From: Bacteroidota bacterium
Lineage (GTDB): Bacteria > Bacteroidota > Bacteroidia > Bacteroidales > UBA12481
Direction: 5' to 3'
Assembly: GCA_018669475.1 (NCBI GenBank)
Contig: JABHCC010000032.1
Span: forward strand, 6,058 to 70,057
Length of the DNA: 64,000 bases
Part shown: piece by piece, positions 29,885 through 40,299 of the stretch
Layout: every line of letters begins with the position of its first letter
How positions within the stretch are numbered: the first letter of the stretch is position 1
Translations under genes and position numbers: made by a program
Notes under the pieces: model-generated
Told to the model about the DNA's origin: nothing
What the model saw: only the letters and a program-made list of their open reading frames with translations
Database searches by the model: none

Positions 29885-31165
29885 TTACTTGAGCTCTACT
29901 ATCATCAGAACCGGATTGCTATTTGTACTTAAATTACTGATCATTACCCTGTACCTGTTTGCAGCCTCCTTATTTTTGATAACAATATTTTTTTCTTGTT
30001 CAAGTGAACCTTCAATTAAATCTACTGATTGTATGAGCTTAAAAAAGTATTGCCCCTTTTCAGTATACCAGAAAGGCCAAAAGGAAGGGCCTCCATCATA
30101 ATCGTTTTGCACGCCCTCTTGTTGATAATCCGGATTTGATACCAGGGATATCTTTCCAGATGCTTTTTCAAAGACGGCAAACTCCAGTTTGTTTTTAAAA
30201 AAGAACTTCAGGTACCAATTATTCCTGGTTTCCATTCCATTAATATCACGGATATACTTATGTTTTTCTCTATCGTAACGATCAAAATCCTCCATTGGGT
30301 CAAATGGCATCTTGTATTTGCCAAGAGACCAGCTTAATGCTGGTTCAAATCGTCCATCCGGAGTGGCTCTTAAAATATAATCCTCCTCCCAGGAATTGCA
30401 AAGAACACCATTTGGTGAATTCATCATGTGTGGTGAAAGGATACTAAGCCTTGCTGATCTTTTGAGCTCAATCTGATCTTCCAAAAACCTTTGACTGATG
30501 ATCCCGGCTGTATCATGAATGAAGTATCTGAAATATCCCCCTTCATGCTCTTGCTGAATAAAGAACCATGTAAGAAACTGATTATCACCCATGGGAATAA
30601 AATTCACTGGGGCTATCTCTGGCTTGATGTCTCTAATATGTTCACCGTCAAATGAATAGCCTGTGATTGCCCGAAGGGTGGCATTTGCAATATAGACAGT
30701 GCGGGACTTTTCATCCGGCCAGAAATCGTAATCAAAATTGTACTCGCCTGGTCCTTTTCCAATCGTTCCAATTGTTTTTATAAACTTCCCTGATCTCGAG
30801 AATACACCAAGAGGTTTTCCATGCTCTCCAACGAAAATATACTCAGCACATGGTTTAATCTTAACTTTAGTTTCCCCAATAAGGTATTTATTAGTGGTCT
30901 CAAGCGGTATATACTCTATCGATTTGACGATATCCGACAGGTAAATATCTTTCCCCTGGTTTTGGATATCCTCCATGTCAACATGATACAGGCTATCAGC
31001 TTTCACTTGCTGAGGTAATTCTTGATTATTCTTCTGAGCTGAAGATTCCTTTTCTTTTTCATCGGGTGAGCCACAGGACAAAGTAGTTATAGTGATCAAA
31101 CTTAGTAAAGTAATTCTCAAATAGTTTTGCATTCTATCTTGCTTTAAAATAAGGCTCAATTGCAA
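29885..31165 (-). CDS. Lipoprotein of the 6-bladed beta-propeller (BF3164-like) family; paralog of 16325..17497
   Basis: Lipobox TLSCGS. Shares a GKGPGEYNF motif and surrounding similarity with the other paralog. Confidence 0.5.
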   Translation of the reverse strand: MQLSLILKQDRMQNYLRITLLSLITITTLSCGSPDEKEKESSAQKNNQELPQQVKADSLYHVDMEDIQNQGKDIYLSDIVKSIEYIPLETTNKYLIGETKVKIKPCAEYIFVGEHGKPLGVFSRSGKFIKTIGTIGKGPGEYNFDYDFWPDEKSRTVYIANATLRAITGYSFDGEHIRDIKPEIAPVNFIPMGDNQFLTWFFIQQEHEGGYFRYFIHDTAGIISQRFLEDQIELKRSARLSILSPHMMNSPNGVLCNSWEEDYILRATPDGRFEPALSWSLGKYKMPFDPMEDFDRYDREKHKYIRDINGMETRNNWYLKFFFKNKLEFAVFEKASGKISLVSNPDYQQEGVQNDYDGGPSFWPFWYTEKGQYFFKLIQSVDLIEGSLEQEKNIVIKNKEAANRYRVMISNLSTNSNPVLMIVELK

Positions 31166-31228
31166 TGAATTTATCGGGCTATAAATATAATTTATTCGAT
31201 GAGCAGTATTGAGATTTCGCTAAAAAAA

Positions 31229-31257
31229 AGTCCCCCGCTAATTCACGGGGGACTTTA
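31229..31257 (-). terminator. Rho-independent terminator of the flotillin operon
   Basis: On the minus strand: agtcccccg-tgaattag-cgggggact followed by tttttttt. Confidence 0.7.
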
Positions 31258-31276
31258 AGTACATAAATTCCTGTGT

Positions 31277-32725
31277 TTACTCTTCAGAGTCTTCAACATC
31301 AGCATCCTCAACCATATCTTCTGTTGGGTCGATATCTGATATCTGGTCACTCAGCTCTTTTTCTTTTTTCCCTATCAGATAATCGGGTAATTCTAATCCT
31401 GCCATTTTAAATAGTTCTTCAAACGGTGGGATTGATCCCAGCATTCCTGACAAGAAATTAGCCGATGTAGGTGATTTACCATCTGCACCGCTTGACATGT
31501 TATCCCAAACGGTGATTTTATCAATCTTCAGATTCTTAATCGCTTCAACCTGGGTTTTCACCAACTCTGGCAATTTATCAGTTATCATCAGCATTACCGC
31601 TGATTTAGCATCTTCTCCGGCAGCTTCTACTATTTTATCAAATCCATCAGCCTGCTTACTCAATATTTCATAAATACCTTTCGCTTCGGCTTCCATCTTC
31701 ATAAATATTGCATCTGCATCACCTTTTGCATGCCTTCGTGTTTGTTCTGCAATCGCCTCAGCATTTATCTCAATTTTCTCCTTGTCAATCTGAGCAGGCA
31801 CCACAATATTTGCAGTTTGAGATGCACGATCTCTTTCTGCACGAACCGTTTCAGCTACCCTCTCTGCTCCATATGCTTCCTCGAGTGCCTTAGCCTGAGT
31901 TACTTTTTCGGCGGCAACCGCAAGTCTTTCAGCTTCAGCCTCCTTTGTCCTCCTGTCGGCATTTGAATTTGCAACAGTAATTTTGGCGGTATTTTCTCCC
32001 TCAACAGCAGATGCATCTGCACTGGCAACCTTAATCCTTTGTACCTGATGAGCATTGGCTTCACCAATTGATCCATCACGGTTCTTTTCGGCAACGCTTT
32101 TCTTTGCATCATTAATCGCTTTAGCAGCAGCCTCTTTACCCAGAGCATTAATGTAGCCAGATTCATCGTTGATGTCAGTGACGTTTACGTTGATTAATTT
32201 CAAACCAATCTTCTTTAGTTCTGCTTCCACATTGGAAGAAACTGCAGCTAAAAATTTATCCCGGTTTGAATTAATCTCCTCAATATCCATGGTAGCCACA
32301 ACCAGCCTCAACTGACCAAAGATGATATCTTTCGCCAGATTGCTAACGTCGGTCTGTGATAAACCCAATAAACGTTCAGCAGCATTTGTCATAGTTCCTG
32401 GTTCAGTTGAAATACCTACAGTAAAACGTGAGGGAACATCAACACGAATATTCTGCTTACTCAGCGCAGAGGTTAGATTAATCTCTATTGACAAAGGTGT
32501 CAGATCAAGAAATGCATAATCCTGAATGACTGGCCATATAAAAGCTGCCCCACCGTGAATACATTTGGCTGATCGGGATTCTGTGTTAACTCCTTTTCCT
32601 ACTTTGCCATATACAACCAAAATCCGGTCGGATGGACAACGTTTGTACCTTCGGAAAAAGGATACTATGAGAATAAAGATAAATAATACCGCAACTGCGA
32701 CTGCAATTAAAATGTATTGTTCCAT
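31277..32725 (-). CDS. Flotillin-like SPFH/band-7 protein (YqiK/FloT-like)
   Basis: N-terminal TM, SPFH domain, a long Ala/Glu-rich coiled coil (AEAERLAVAAEKVTQAKALEEAYGAERVAE) and an acidic C-terminus. Confidence 0.8.
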   Translation of the reverse strand: MEQYILIAVAVAVLFIFILIVSFFRRYKRCPSDRILVVYGKVGKGVNTESRSAKCIHGGAAFIWPVIQDYAFLDLTPLSIEINLTSALSKQNIRVDVPSRFTVGISTEPGTMTNAAERLLGLSQTDVSNLAKDIIFGQLRLVVATMDIEEINSNRDKFLAAVSSNVEAELKKIGLKLINVNVTDINDESGYINALGKEAAAKAINDAKKSVAEKNRDGSIGEANAHQVQRIKVASADASAVEGENTAKITVANSNADRRTKEAEAERLAVAAEKVTQAKALEEAYGAERVAETVRAERDRASQTANIVVPAQIDKEKIEINAEAIAEQTRRHAKGDADAIFMKMEAEAKGIYEILSKQADGFDKIVEAAGEDAKSAVMLMITDKLPELVKTQVEAIKNLKIDKITVWDNMSSGADGKSPTSANFLSGMLGSIPPFEELFKMAGLELPDYLIGKKEKELSDQISDIDPTEDMVEDADVEDSEE

Positions 32726-32746
32726 TGTTTTGTTTTGTAATTAATT

Positions 32747-33337
32747 TTAGCGAGATGGTTTTACAATTATTATTTCATTATTGAAAATATCGACTACTTC
32801 GACCACAGCACCTGTTTTGATTTCTTCATTGTGATCGGTCATAGCATCCAATGTTCGTAAACCTTGAACGGAGATCTGAACTTTTCCAAATCCCTTACGA
32901 CTAGGAGGAATAGTCAGGTATACACTGCCTATTTTCCCTTTTGCATTGGTGAGTCTTAAAGTTCCATCATCTGCCAGCTTTCCCATGAAATAAATAATGC
33001 TTGCCATTATTATCATCATCAGGAAACCTGATACTGAGGAAATGAGAATACATAAAGCAGTACTAAATCCTGCTTCAACACTGGCAATACCAGTCCATGC
33101 AAAAATTGTAAAAAAGGCGATCAGATTCTTCAAAGTGATAAACTGAAAGCCCATTCCTGCATCTCCCTCAACATTCATATCCACGTCTCCTCCGGCTTCG
33201 ATGTGGTCAATATCTCCACCAAAAAAGGTTAGAACCATTTGCACCAGGAATACCAGAGTGAATGGAATTGCGATGATCCAGTAAACCTGCTCCAGAGCGC
33301 TCAGAGTAGGCCACCAGCTTGAAATTGAAAGTAACAT
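32747..33337 (-). CDS. NfeD-like membrane protein (YqiJ-like partner of flotillin)
   Basis: N-terminal TM helices and a C-terminal OB-fold-like soluble tail (GKIGSVYLTIPPSRKGFGKVQISVQGL...VVEVVDI). It lies upstream of the flotillin gene, as in yqiJK. Confidence 0.6.
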   Translation of the reverse strand: MLLSISSWWPTLSALEQVYWIIAIPFTLVFLVQMVLTFFGGDIDHIEAGGDVDMNVEGDAGMGFQFITLKNLIAFFTIFAWTGIASVEAGFSTALCILISSVSGFLMMIIMASIIYFMGKLADDGTLRLTNAKGKIGSVYLTIPPSRKGFGKVQISVQGLRTLDAMTDHNEEIKTGAVVEVVDIFNNEIIIVKPSR

Positions 33338-33658
33338 AATTCTATTTTTTAAGGTCTAAACCAAAACTACTTTTTTTTATCACAATTTTAAAATGAAATC
33401 TGTAAACAATTTCAATAATCCGGTCAAATGGTGAGGGGGAGAATTAGCAGTTATGGCGATGAATGACAATATTTCACCGATTATTCTACATAGTTGACCG
33501 ACAATTTAACTCTAAACATGAGAGTCAAATATTACCTGGCCTTTTTAGATTGATCTTTCTGTGATAATAAAACAGAGGGAAAATCTAAGCAACAATGCTC
33601 CGATTAACTTTTTAGCTATCATAGCAATAATAGCCTCAATAATCCTTAACTACATTGC

Positions 33659-35872
33659 CTAATACTGATTTCCCTTTTCTTGTCCTGATATTTGCACCCT
33701 GTATCCGGTTTGAAGAATTCCTTTTGGGATGCTGAGCTGGGAATAAGCTCCCTTAGGAAAAACAAAATCAGGATTCCAATATAATGTGGGATTGTACTTT
33801 TCCAGATTAACAGTTTGCTCATCTCTGTCCGAAGCCCTTTTAGTTTTGATTTCCACCACACCAGCAGAGTTTTCCATCCCAGTGTACTTGATCACATCGG
33901 CTATACTTGAAGAAGCCTTAATGCTGGCTACATCGTAAGGACTTATCGAATTTAAAACTTCAACATCAGATCCTTTTACTATCCCGTCAATCACAATTAC
34001 TGCCCCACCCTGGTAATTAAAAGAATCGACTCCTCTGAAAACTATTTTGCCATTTTCCAGGCGATAGGGTTTGATGGTCATTAGTACGGATAAAATTGTT
34101 CTTCCCTGAGCCAATTGTCTCTGAATTCTCTCGTCCTGAGTCATTTTTGTCGGAGTAATTTCCATTGCCTGAAATTTCATTCTGTTATCGGCAACAAAAG
34201 TTGGTCGTTGTCGCCCCATCCGGAGGAAATGATCATTCCAGAATTGCTGCAAATGAATTATCGCCATCAGCTGATCAAGAGATGTTTTTTTATATCTGAG
34301 TGCCAGGCGTTCAGCATAGTTTTCATCCTTGCCTTTATCATTAAGGGAATTATTTCCTGTCGGATTGGTGAGTAAAAACTGTTCGATTGCCCTAGGTTTA
34401 ATAATACCTGACTCGTCAATAAAGGAGTAACAAAATGGAGAGTTGGCTAATACGATGCCCAGAGTCTGATAATACTCTCTGGTGGGATGACTATTATAGG
34501 CCGGAGACAGGATCTGATCAACAATTGACAAGCTGTGTATTAAGTTTGTTGCAGGTTGATTTGACGCCAAAGTCAGTAAATAATGATCATCTTCATGATT
34601 AAGCTGAACTGAAATCTCAACTGGCTCCAAAGGATTTTGCTCAGCCAAGCCAGCAAATCCGGTGGTACGGGCTAATAATTCACCCTTTTCATCAAATAAA
34701 TTAAGTTCAACAAGCCCCGGAGCCAATTCATTGACTGGCACAATAATTTCTCTTTCCTTGCTCAAATAGAAGCGATCATTAAAAATCTCAACACCATGTT
34801 TCGAACCCACTGCCGTAACGGGTAGAAAGATATCATCAACGCTGATATCTGCCTTAAAGATTAAGCTTTCAGCACTGGATTGGAGTAAACTCAGGCTAAC
34901 ACCAAAAGATTGAATTTTTGGCAGATCAAAAGTTTTGCGGATACCTGCTGGCTTGCTTATTCTGAGTTTCAAAGGATGGGCAGCATCCGCCAGGATTTCC
35001 AAAGAACCTAAACCTGGCGAATTTGTACTCACATTGCCATATTCTTCACCATACTGATCAATTAGTGTACCTTCAAGTTCAACAGGGTCACCCAAAACCG
35101 AAAATACAGTAAAACCTATACTAGATTTCAGCTCATCAATCAGCAGTCCTCCTTCAGGATAGAAATTTACCAGTAGAGGCAGGTTTTCTGAGGGAATAAT
35201 AACACTATTGTTGTATGTATTCCCAAAGAGTTCAGCACTAATCTCGACATGAACCAATGCAGGATCATAGCCATCCGGGAAAATAAAATCAAATTCTTTC
35301 ACCCCTTCTCTGTTAGTTCGGGATCTGCCATTAGCAAATGCTTCGCCATTTGCCTGAGCCTCCCATGAGAATGAAGTTCTGGTGGCTAACTGAGCATCCG
35401 GAAAATACATGACAACCTTAACAATCACCTCATCTCCGGCCTTATAAAAGGACTTGCCAGGTTCAGCTGAGATTAGTAAGCCCGGAATCTTAGTTTCTTT
35501 GATAATCAAGGTTTTCGCAAAAGAATTTTGTGATCCCGAATGCTCCATTTGCTTAGTGAATGCTACCAAATTGAAAATTCCTTCAGGAAGAGCTATGGAT
35601 AAGGTAAATTCTCCGGAGATTCTGCAAGCGGCCATTTTAAACTTTTTGGCTGACAGGATAATTCCTGAATCATCAAGCAGCATCAGAGTAAGACTATCGT
35701 TACAAGTTGCGTCAGTATCATGATGAATCAGCTCAGCGACAAACTGCACTGCGTCCCCTGAGGAATATACATCTCTATCAGTAAGTAAAAATAAACTCTC
35801 CTGACCTGAAAGGGTAATACTTAAAAACAAAACAGACAGCACAGTTAAAATGAAGCTCTTCCTCATGACCAT
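33659..35872 (-). CDS. Large secreted protein with alpha-2-macroglobulin MG2-like N-terminal domains and a C-terminal TonB-plug-like segment (no beta-barrel)
   Basis: Signal peptide. LLTDRDVYSSGDAVQFVAEL is MG2-like. The C-terminal GGAVIVIDGIVKG...SIKASSSIADVIKYTGMENSAGVVEIKTKRA resembles the start of a TonB-dependent receptor plug. Confidence 0.4.
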   Translation of the reverse strand: MVMRKSFILTVLSVLFLSITLSGQESLFLLTDRDVYSSGDAVQFVAELIHHDTDATCNDSLTLMLLDDSGIILSAKKFKMAACRISGEFTLSIALPEGIFNLVAFTKQMEHSGSQNSFAKTLIIKETKIPGLLISAEPGKSFYKAGDEVIVKVVMYFPDAQLATRTSFSWEAQANGEAFANGRSRTNREGVKEFDFIFPDGYDPALVHVEISAELFGNTYNNSVIIPSENLPLLVNFYPEGGLLIDELKSSIGFTVFSVLGDPVELEGTLIDQYGEEYGNVSTNSPGLGSLEILADAAHPLKLRISKPAGIRKTFDLPKIQSFGVSLSLLQSSAESLIFKADISVDDIFLPVTAVGSKHGVEIFNDRFYLSKEREIIVPVNELAPGLVELNLFDEKGELLARTTGFAGLAEQNPLEPVEISVQLNHEDDHYLLTLASNQPATNLIHSLSIVDQILSPAYNSHPTREYYQTLGIVLANSPFCYSFIDESGIIKPRAIEQFLLTNPTGNNSLNDKGKDENYAERLALRYKKTSLDQLMAIIHLQQFWNDHFLRMGRQRPTFVADNRMKFQAMEITPTKMTQDERIQRQLAQGRTILSVLMTIKPYRLENGKIVFRGVDSFNYQGGAVIVIDGIVKGSDVEVLNSISPYDVASIKASSSIADVIKYTGMENSAGVVEIKTKRASDRDEQTVNLEKYNPTLYWNPDFVFPKGAYSQLSIPKGILQTGYRVQISGQEKGNQY

Positions 35873-36040
35873 AATTTCTTTGCTACAAAGATAGTATTTC
35901 CACTTCCCTGAGCCTACCATAAGCATATAATCCGCACATAATCCAGATAAAATCCAGACATAAAAAAACCCCTTTGGTCAGGCAGGAAGCCGACGCAAAG
36001 GAGTCATTTATATTTTTACCAATATGTATCTCTAAAACTG

Positions 36041-36529
36041 CTATTTATCCGGGTTAGGATGAGCCATTTGTTTAAGATACTCTTCATAATTAAAGCCTTT
36101 GAAATCAGGGCTTTCTTCGTTATGACAAGTCTTGCAGAGCTTTTCGTCAGGAATGATTAAGCCTTTTGCAACAGATTTCTCACGACTTTTCATGACTGAC
36201 ATAGATTTGTATGCACTACCCGGGCCATGACATGATTCACATCCGATTCCTTCTTTTTTGGTCAGGGAATACTGCAATTTGACATCTGTGTGCCCAACTG
36301 TAGCATGGCATTTCAAACATTTAGGATCCTTCTGCTCCTCGGCACTGAGTTTTGCCAGGGCATTTGCATGTGGACCTGCAGCCCAAAGTTTGTACTGTGC
36401 ACCTGTAGTTGCCTTATTATGACAACTCTTGCATTTTGCAGATCCGATATATTCGAAATCCGCCGGAGCCGGGCCTTTTCCAATGAAAAAACCGAGAGCA
36501 ATAAACAGTGGTAAAGCTTTTACAAACAT
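36041..36529 (-). CDS. Periplasmic tetraheme cytochrome c
   Basis: Signal peptide and four CxxCH motifs (CKSCH, CLKCH, CESCH, CKTCH) in 162 aa. Confidence 0.8.
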   Translation of the reverse strand: MFVKALPLFIALGFFIGKGPAPADFEYIGSAKCKSCHNKATTGAQYKLWAAGPHANALAKLSAEEQKDPKCLKCHATVGHTDVKLQYSLTKKEGIGCESCHGPGSAYKSMSVMKSREKSVAKGLIIPDEKLCKTCHNEESPDFKGFNYEEYLKQMAHPNPDK

Positions 36530-36751
36530 AATTATTGAATATAATGTTAAACTTAAAATATCAATACAAATAAGATGCCAATTTATTAAAAAAAGGAATA
36601 CGAATTACAACAACAAATCAATACATATATTGATATATATCAATGTTTGGGCAGATATATGTCACAAAGGCCCTGTTTAATTTGTAATCATTCTTTTTCA
36701 AAACTTTTGTATGATTGTAAAACTTGTAATTCGAATCAATTGCATACTCAA

Positions 36752-39577
36752 ATGATAAAAAGCAAAGGGATTAAAACAGGCATAATACTTAGAGTGACCT
36801 TACTTCTGATTACAATTCTTATGAGTCAAAACCTCACTATGGCTCAGAGTAATGAGGATTGTTTTATGTGTCATGAAGATCCTGAACTTACTGCCATGAG
36901 AAATGGTCGTACAGTCTCGATGCACATAAGGACAAACGCACTGGAAAATTCGGTTCATAATGATTTCGATTGCACTTATTGCCATGAAGATGCTGCTGTG
37001 GAAGAATTTCCTCATCCGGAGAAATTGCAAGCGGTAAATTGCGGTAATTGTCATGACGAGGCCATGGAAAAATTTGATCGTGGGATACATGGACAGGCTT
37101 TACGATTAAAAGAAATTTACGCTCCAAACTGTAATGAATGTCATGGCTCACACAACATCCTAAAAGGCAGTAACCCAAAATCTTCCACCTATAAGATGAA
37201 CATACCAATCTTATGCGGCAAATGTCACAGAGAAGGTGCTCCTGTTGCAAGGGTTTATGATATCGGTGAGCAAAATATTCTTGAAAACTACAGTCAGGAC
37301 ATTCACGGTATTGGTCTTTTTGAAAAGGGTTTAATTGTTTCAGCTACATGTAATGATTGCCATGGAAATCACGAGGTTTTACCACATTCAAGCATAAATT
37401 CGAGTATCTCAGCCAAAAATATTGCATCAACCTGCATGAAATGCCATACGAAGATTGAAGAAGTTCATGTTCAGGTTATCCGTGGAGAATTATGGGAGGA
37501 AAAACCAGGAGCTATACCCGCCTGCTCCAGCTGCCACATTCCCCATAAAGTAAGCAAGCATAATGTAACACCAAATATTGCCGATAAATCTTGTTTGGTA
37601 TGTCACGAGAAAGATGATGTTCATAAGGTTGTAGCTGACAGCACTATATCTCTTGTAGTAAACAAAGAGGATCTTGACAATTCTGTGCATCAGAATATTT
37701 CATGTGTTAAGTGCCATTCTGATGTTACAAGTAACAGAAGGCGACCTTGCGAAACTGTTGGACCAGTGAATTGCTCAAATTGTCATGCCGAAACATCAAA
37801 ACTATTTTCTGAGAGCGGGCATGGAAAAGCTCTTGAAGCTGACCACCCCAATGCTCCATATTGTACTGATTGTCACGGCACTCACAAAGCACAATCACGA
37901 TATGATGATACCTCACCGACTTACAGAACCAATATCCCGGATCTATGTGGTGATTGCCATTACAATGATGGCAAGGCAAACGAATTTGCTGACTTGGCAG
38001 AAAAAGATGCCCTGCCGGATTATTCATCGAGTATTCATGGCAAAGGTCTGTCTGAGAAAGGATTGATTGTGAGTGCTGTTTGTACCGACTGTCATTCAAC
38101 TCACTATATTCTAGGGGAAGAGGATGAACGGTCTTCAATTTTTCCCAAAAATATTCCTGCCACTTGTTCCACTTGCCATAAAGGAGTATATGACACTTAT
38201 ATCCTGAGTGATCACGGAATTGGAAACGCAGCTCCCACTGATGGCGAACACGAATATCCAACCTGTGTAAATTGCCACTCTTCGCATTTTATTGGCGCAA
38301 GCGGTCCAGATCATTTTAAAGAAGAGATTACACAGCGCTGTGAGCAATGCCATGAGGAAACTGCAGAAACATATCTGGATACTTATCATGGCAAAGCGCA
38401 TCTTCTGGGTCATGCAAAAGCTGCCAGGTGTTCTGATTGCCATGGGGATCATAACATTTACAATATGAATAACCCTAAATCCATGGTTGCCAGTCAGAAT
38501 ATTGTGGAAACATGCAGGCAATGTCATCCGGATGCTAATGCACGATTCACGGGCTACCTGACTCATGCAACCCATCATAATAAAGAGAAGCACTCAGCCC
38601 TGTATTATACATTTTGGGCTATGACCTTCCTTCTTACAGGCGTATTCGTATTTTTCGGTATTCATTTGCTGCTATGGATTCCACGATCCATTCAGGGACG
38701 AAGAGAAAGGAAGAAGCATGAACAACAGCCAAAGGGCCTGACCAGCAAATATTATATCCAACGATTCTCACGGAATCAGAGGGGAACACATATTTTTGTT
38801 ATAATTAGTTTCCTCCTGCTGGCCTTTACCGGGATGATACTCAAATTCGCCAATATGGAATGGGCCAGTACATTAGCTGGATGGATAGGTGGAATTGAAG
38901 TTACCGGGCGCTTACATCGATTAGGGGCTGTTATCACTTTCGGATACTTCTTCTTCCATCTGATTTCATTGATAATAATAAAAAGGAAGCGAAAAATTCC
39001 TTCTAAACGTTTCATATTCGGACCAAATTCTCTGATGTTTAACCTGACAGACATTAAGGATTTTGTAGCAACAATAAAATGGTTTGTTGGTCGGGGGCCA
39101 AAACCCGAATACGGACGCTGGACTTATTGGGAAAAATTCGACTATATGGCCGTTTTCTGGGGGGTTGCTGTTATTGGAATATCCGGACTCATGCTATGGT
39201 TCCCTGAGCAGTTCACCCTGGTTTTTCCAGGCTGGCTTATCAATATTGCTCAAATCATTCATTCAGATGAAGCTCTTCTGGCCGTAGGATTTATCTTTAC
39301 AATACACTTTTTCAATACCCACCTGCGACCTGAAACTTTCCCTATGGACACAGTGATTTTTACTGGTCTTGTTCCTTTCGAGGAATTCAGAAAAGATAGA
39401 CCTCGGGAATATAAGTACCTGAAAGAATCGGGAAGATTGAAGAAAGTTCTCATTAAAAAAGATGAGCTGAATACCGGGCGTGAGAAATTAATCCGCCTCA
39501 TGGGATTCATATTCGTCGCTTTGGGATTAACTATGGTCGGGCTGATTATTTATTCCGTATTGATTGGATACGTATAA
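36752..39577 (+). CDS. 19-heme c-type cytochrome fused to a C-terminal multi-TM cytochrome-b-like (HydC/FdnI-type) membrane domain; CbcL-like quinol:electron-acceptor oxidoreductase candidate
   Basis: 19 CxxCH motifs were counted in the periplasmic part, followed by 6-7 TM helices with conserved His residues (RGTHIFVII..., HRLGAV..., HSDEALLAV..., NTHLRPE). The start is taken at MIKSKG, followed by a signal peptide. Confidence 0.75.
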   Translation: MIKSKGIKTGIILRVTLLLITILMSQNLTMAQSNEDCFMCHEDPELTAMRNGRTVSMHIRTNALENSVHNDFDCTYCHEDAAVEEFPHPEKLQAVNCGNCHDEAMEKFDRGIHGQALRLKEIYAPNCNECHGSHNILKGSNPKSSTYKMNIPILCGKCHREGAPVARVYDIGEQNILENYSQDIHGIGLFEKGLIVSATCNDCHGNHEVLPHSSINSSISAKNIASTCMKCHTKIEEVHVQVIRGELWEEKPGAIPACSSCHIPHKVSKHNVTPNIADKSCLVCHEKDDVHKVVADSTISLVVNKEDLDNSVHQNISCVKCHSDVTSNRRRPCETVGPVNCSNCHAETSKLFSESGHGKALEADHPNAPYCTDCHGTHKAQSRYDDTSPTYRTNIPDLCGDCHYNDGKANEFADLAEKDALPDYSSSIHGKGLSEKGLIVSAVCTDCHSTHYILGEEDERSSIFPKNIPATCSTCHKGVYDTYILSDHGIGNAAPTDGEHEYPTCVNCHSSHFIGASGPDHFKEEITQRCEQCHEETAETYLDTYHGKAHLLGHAKAARCSDCHGDHNIYNMNNPKSMVASQNIVETCRQCHPDANARFTGYLTHATHHNKEKHSALYYTFWAMTFLLTGVFVFFGIHLLLWIPRSIQGRRERKKHEQQPKGLTSKYYIQRFSRNQRGTHIFVIISFLLLAFTGMILKFANMEWASTLAGWIGGIEVTGRLHRLGAVITFGYFFFHLISLIIIKRKRKIPSKRFIFGPNSLMFNLTDIKDFVATIKWFVGRGPKPEYGRWTYWEKFDYMAVFWGVAVIGISGLMLWFPEQFTLVFPGWLINIAQIIHSDEALLAVGFIFTIHFFNTHLRPETFPMDTVIFTGLVPFEEFRKDRPREYKYLKESGRLKKVLIKKDELNTGREKLIRLMGFIFVALGLTMVGLIIYSVLIGYV

Positions 39578-39580
39578 ATA

Positions 39581-39600
39581 AAGGTCCGGGGTCCCTGAAC
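39581..39600. repeat. CGGACYY-family repeat in reverse orientation (ggtccggggtccctg)
   Basis: Two heptamer units lying between convergent genes. Confidence 0.4.
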
Positions 39601-39615
39601 TGCTCCTACTGTTAG

Positions 39616-40254
39616 TTAATCATTTCCTAATAGGGCTTTGGCGAAGATTCCTGAAACCCATGCTAGCAAATTCAATACAAATAAACTGGCATACAAGAGA
39701 ATAATGCCAACCAAACCAACAATAACAGCCCCTGGAATTGTTTCAATGAATCCGAAATAGTATCCCGGCCAATCCCAATTATACCATTGGAAGCGAAACA
39801 GGAAGGGATATGCGATTAAACCCAGTGAAGCAGACAACAGACCAATAGTCAGACTAAAAGAAAAAATACCGAGAGGAAACCTGATAAACAGGAAAGCAAA
39901 TCCTTTCCATGTGAACGGACTCCGGAGCAGCTCTCCAAAGCGTTTCCAAAAACCACTTTTCTCGTACCTGGGTATATCCGGACGAATTTGAAAACCAAGG
40001 AGTGAATTCGTCAGACTCACTTCAAAACGGGCCAGCAAATGAACAAGGGCCAGCACTCCCATTAGAATAAAGATACCAAATACGGTAATCAGCAATCCAA
40101 AACCCAGGGAGATCCCGGTTACTAAAAAGATAAAATAAATCAATCCAAGAGGAAAAGAGATGAGAAGATAAAGCACATTCAGCCAGGTTTGAGCTTTCCA
40201 TATAGAGGTAAAGAAATCAGATCCGGTAGGGAAATCTTGTTCTATTATTTTCAT
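39616..40254 (-). CDS. Hypothetical polytopic membrane protein
   Basis: Six predicted TM helices. No recognisable catalytic motif. Confidence 0.4.
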   Translation of the reverse strand: MKIIEQDFPTGSDFFTSIWKAQTWLNVLYLLISFPLGLIYFIFLVTGISLGFGLLITVFGIFILMGVLALVHLLARFEVSLTNSLLGFQIRPDIPRYEKSGFWKRFGELLRSPFTWKGFAFLFIRFPLGIFSFSLTIGLLSASLGLIAYPFLFRFQWYNWDWPGYYFGFIETIPGAVIVGLVGIILLYASLFVLNLLAWVSGIFAKALLGND

Positions 40255-40299
40255 TTGTATATGTATATTTTATTTCATGTCAACAAGTTACAATAAATA

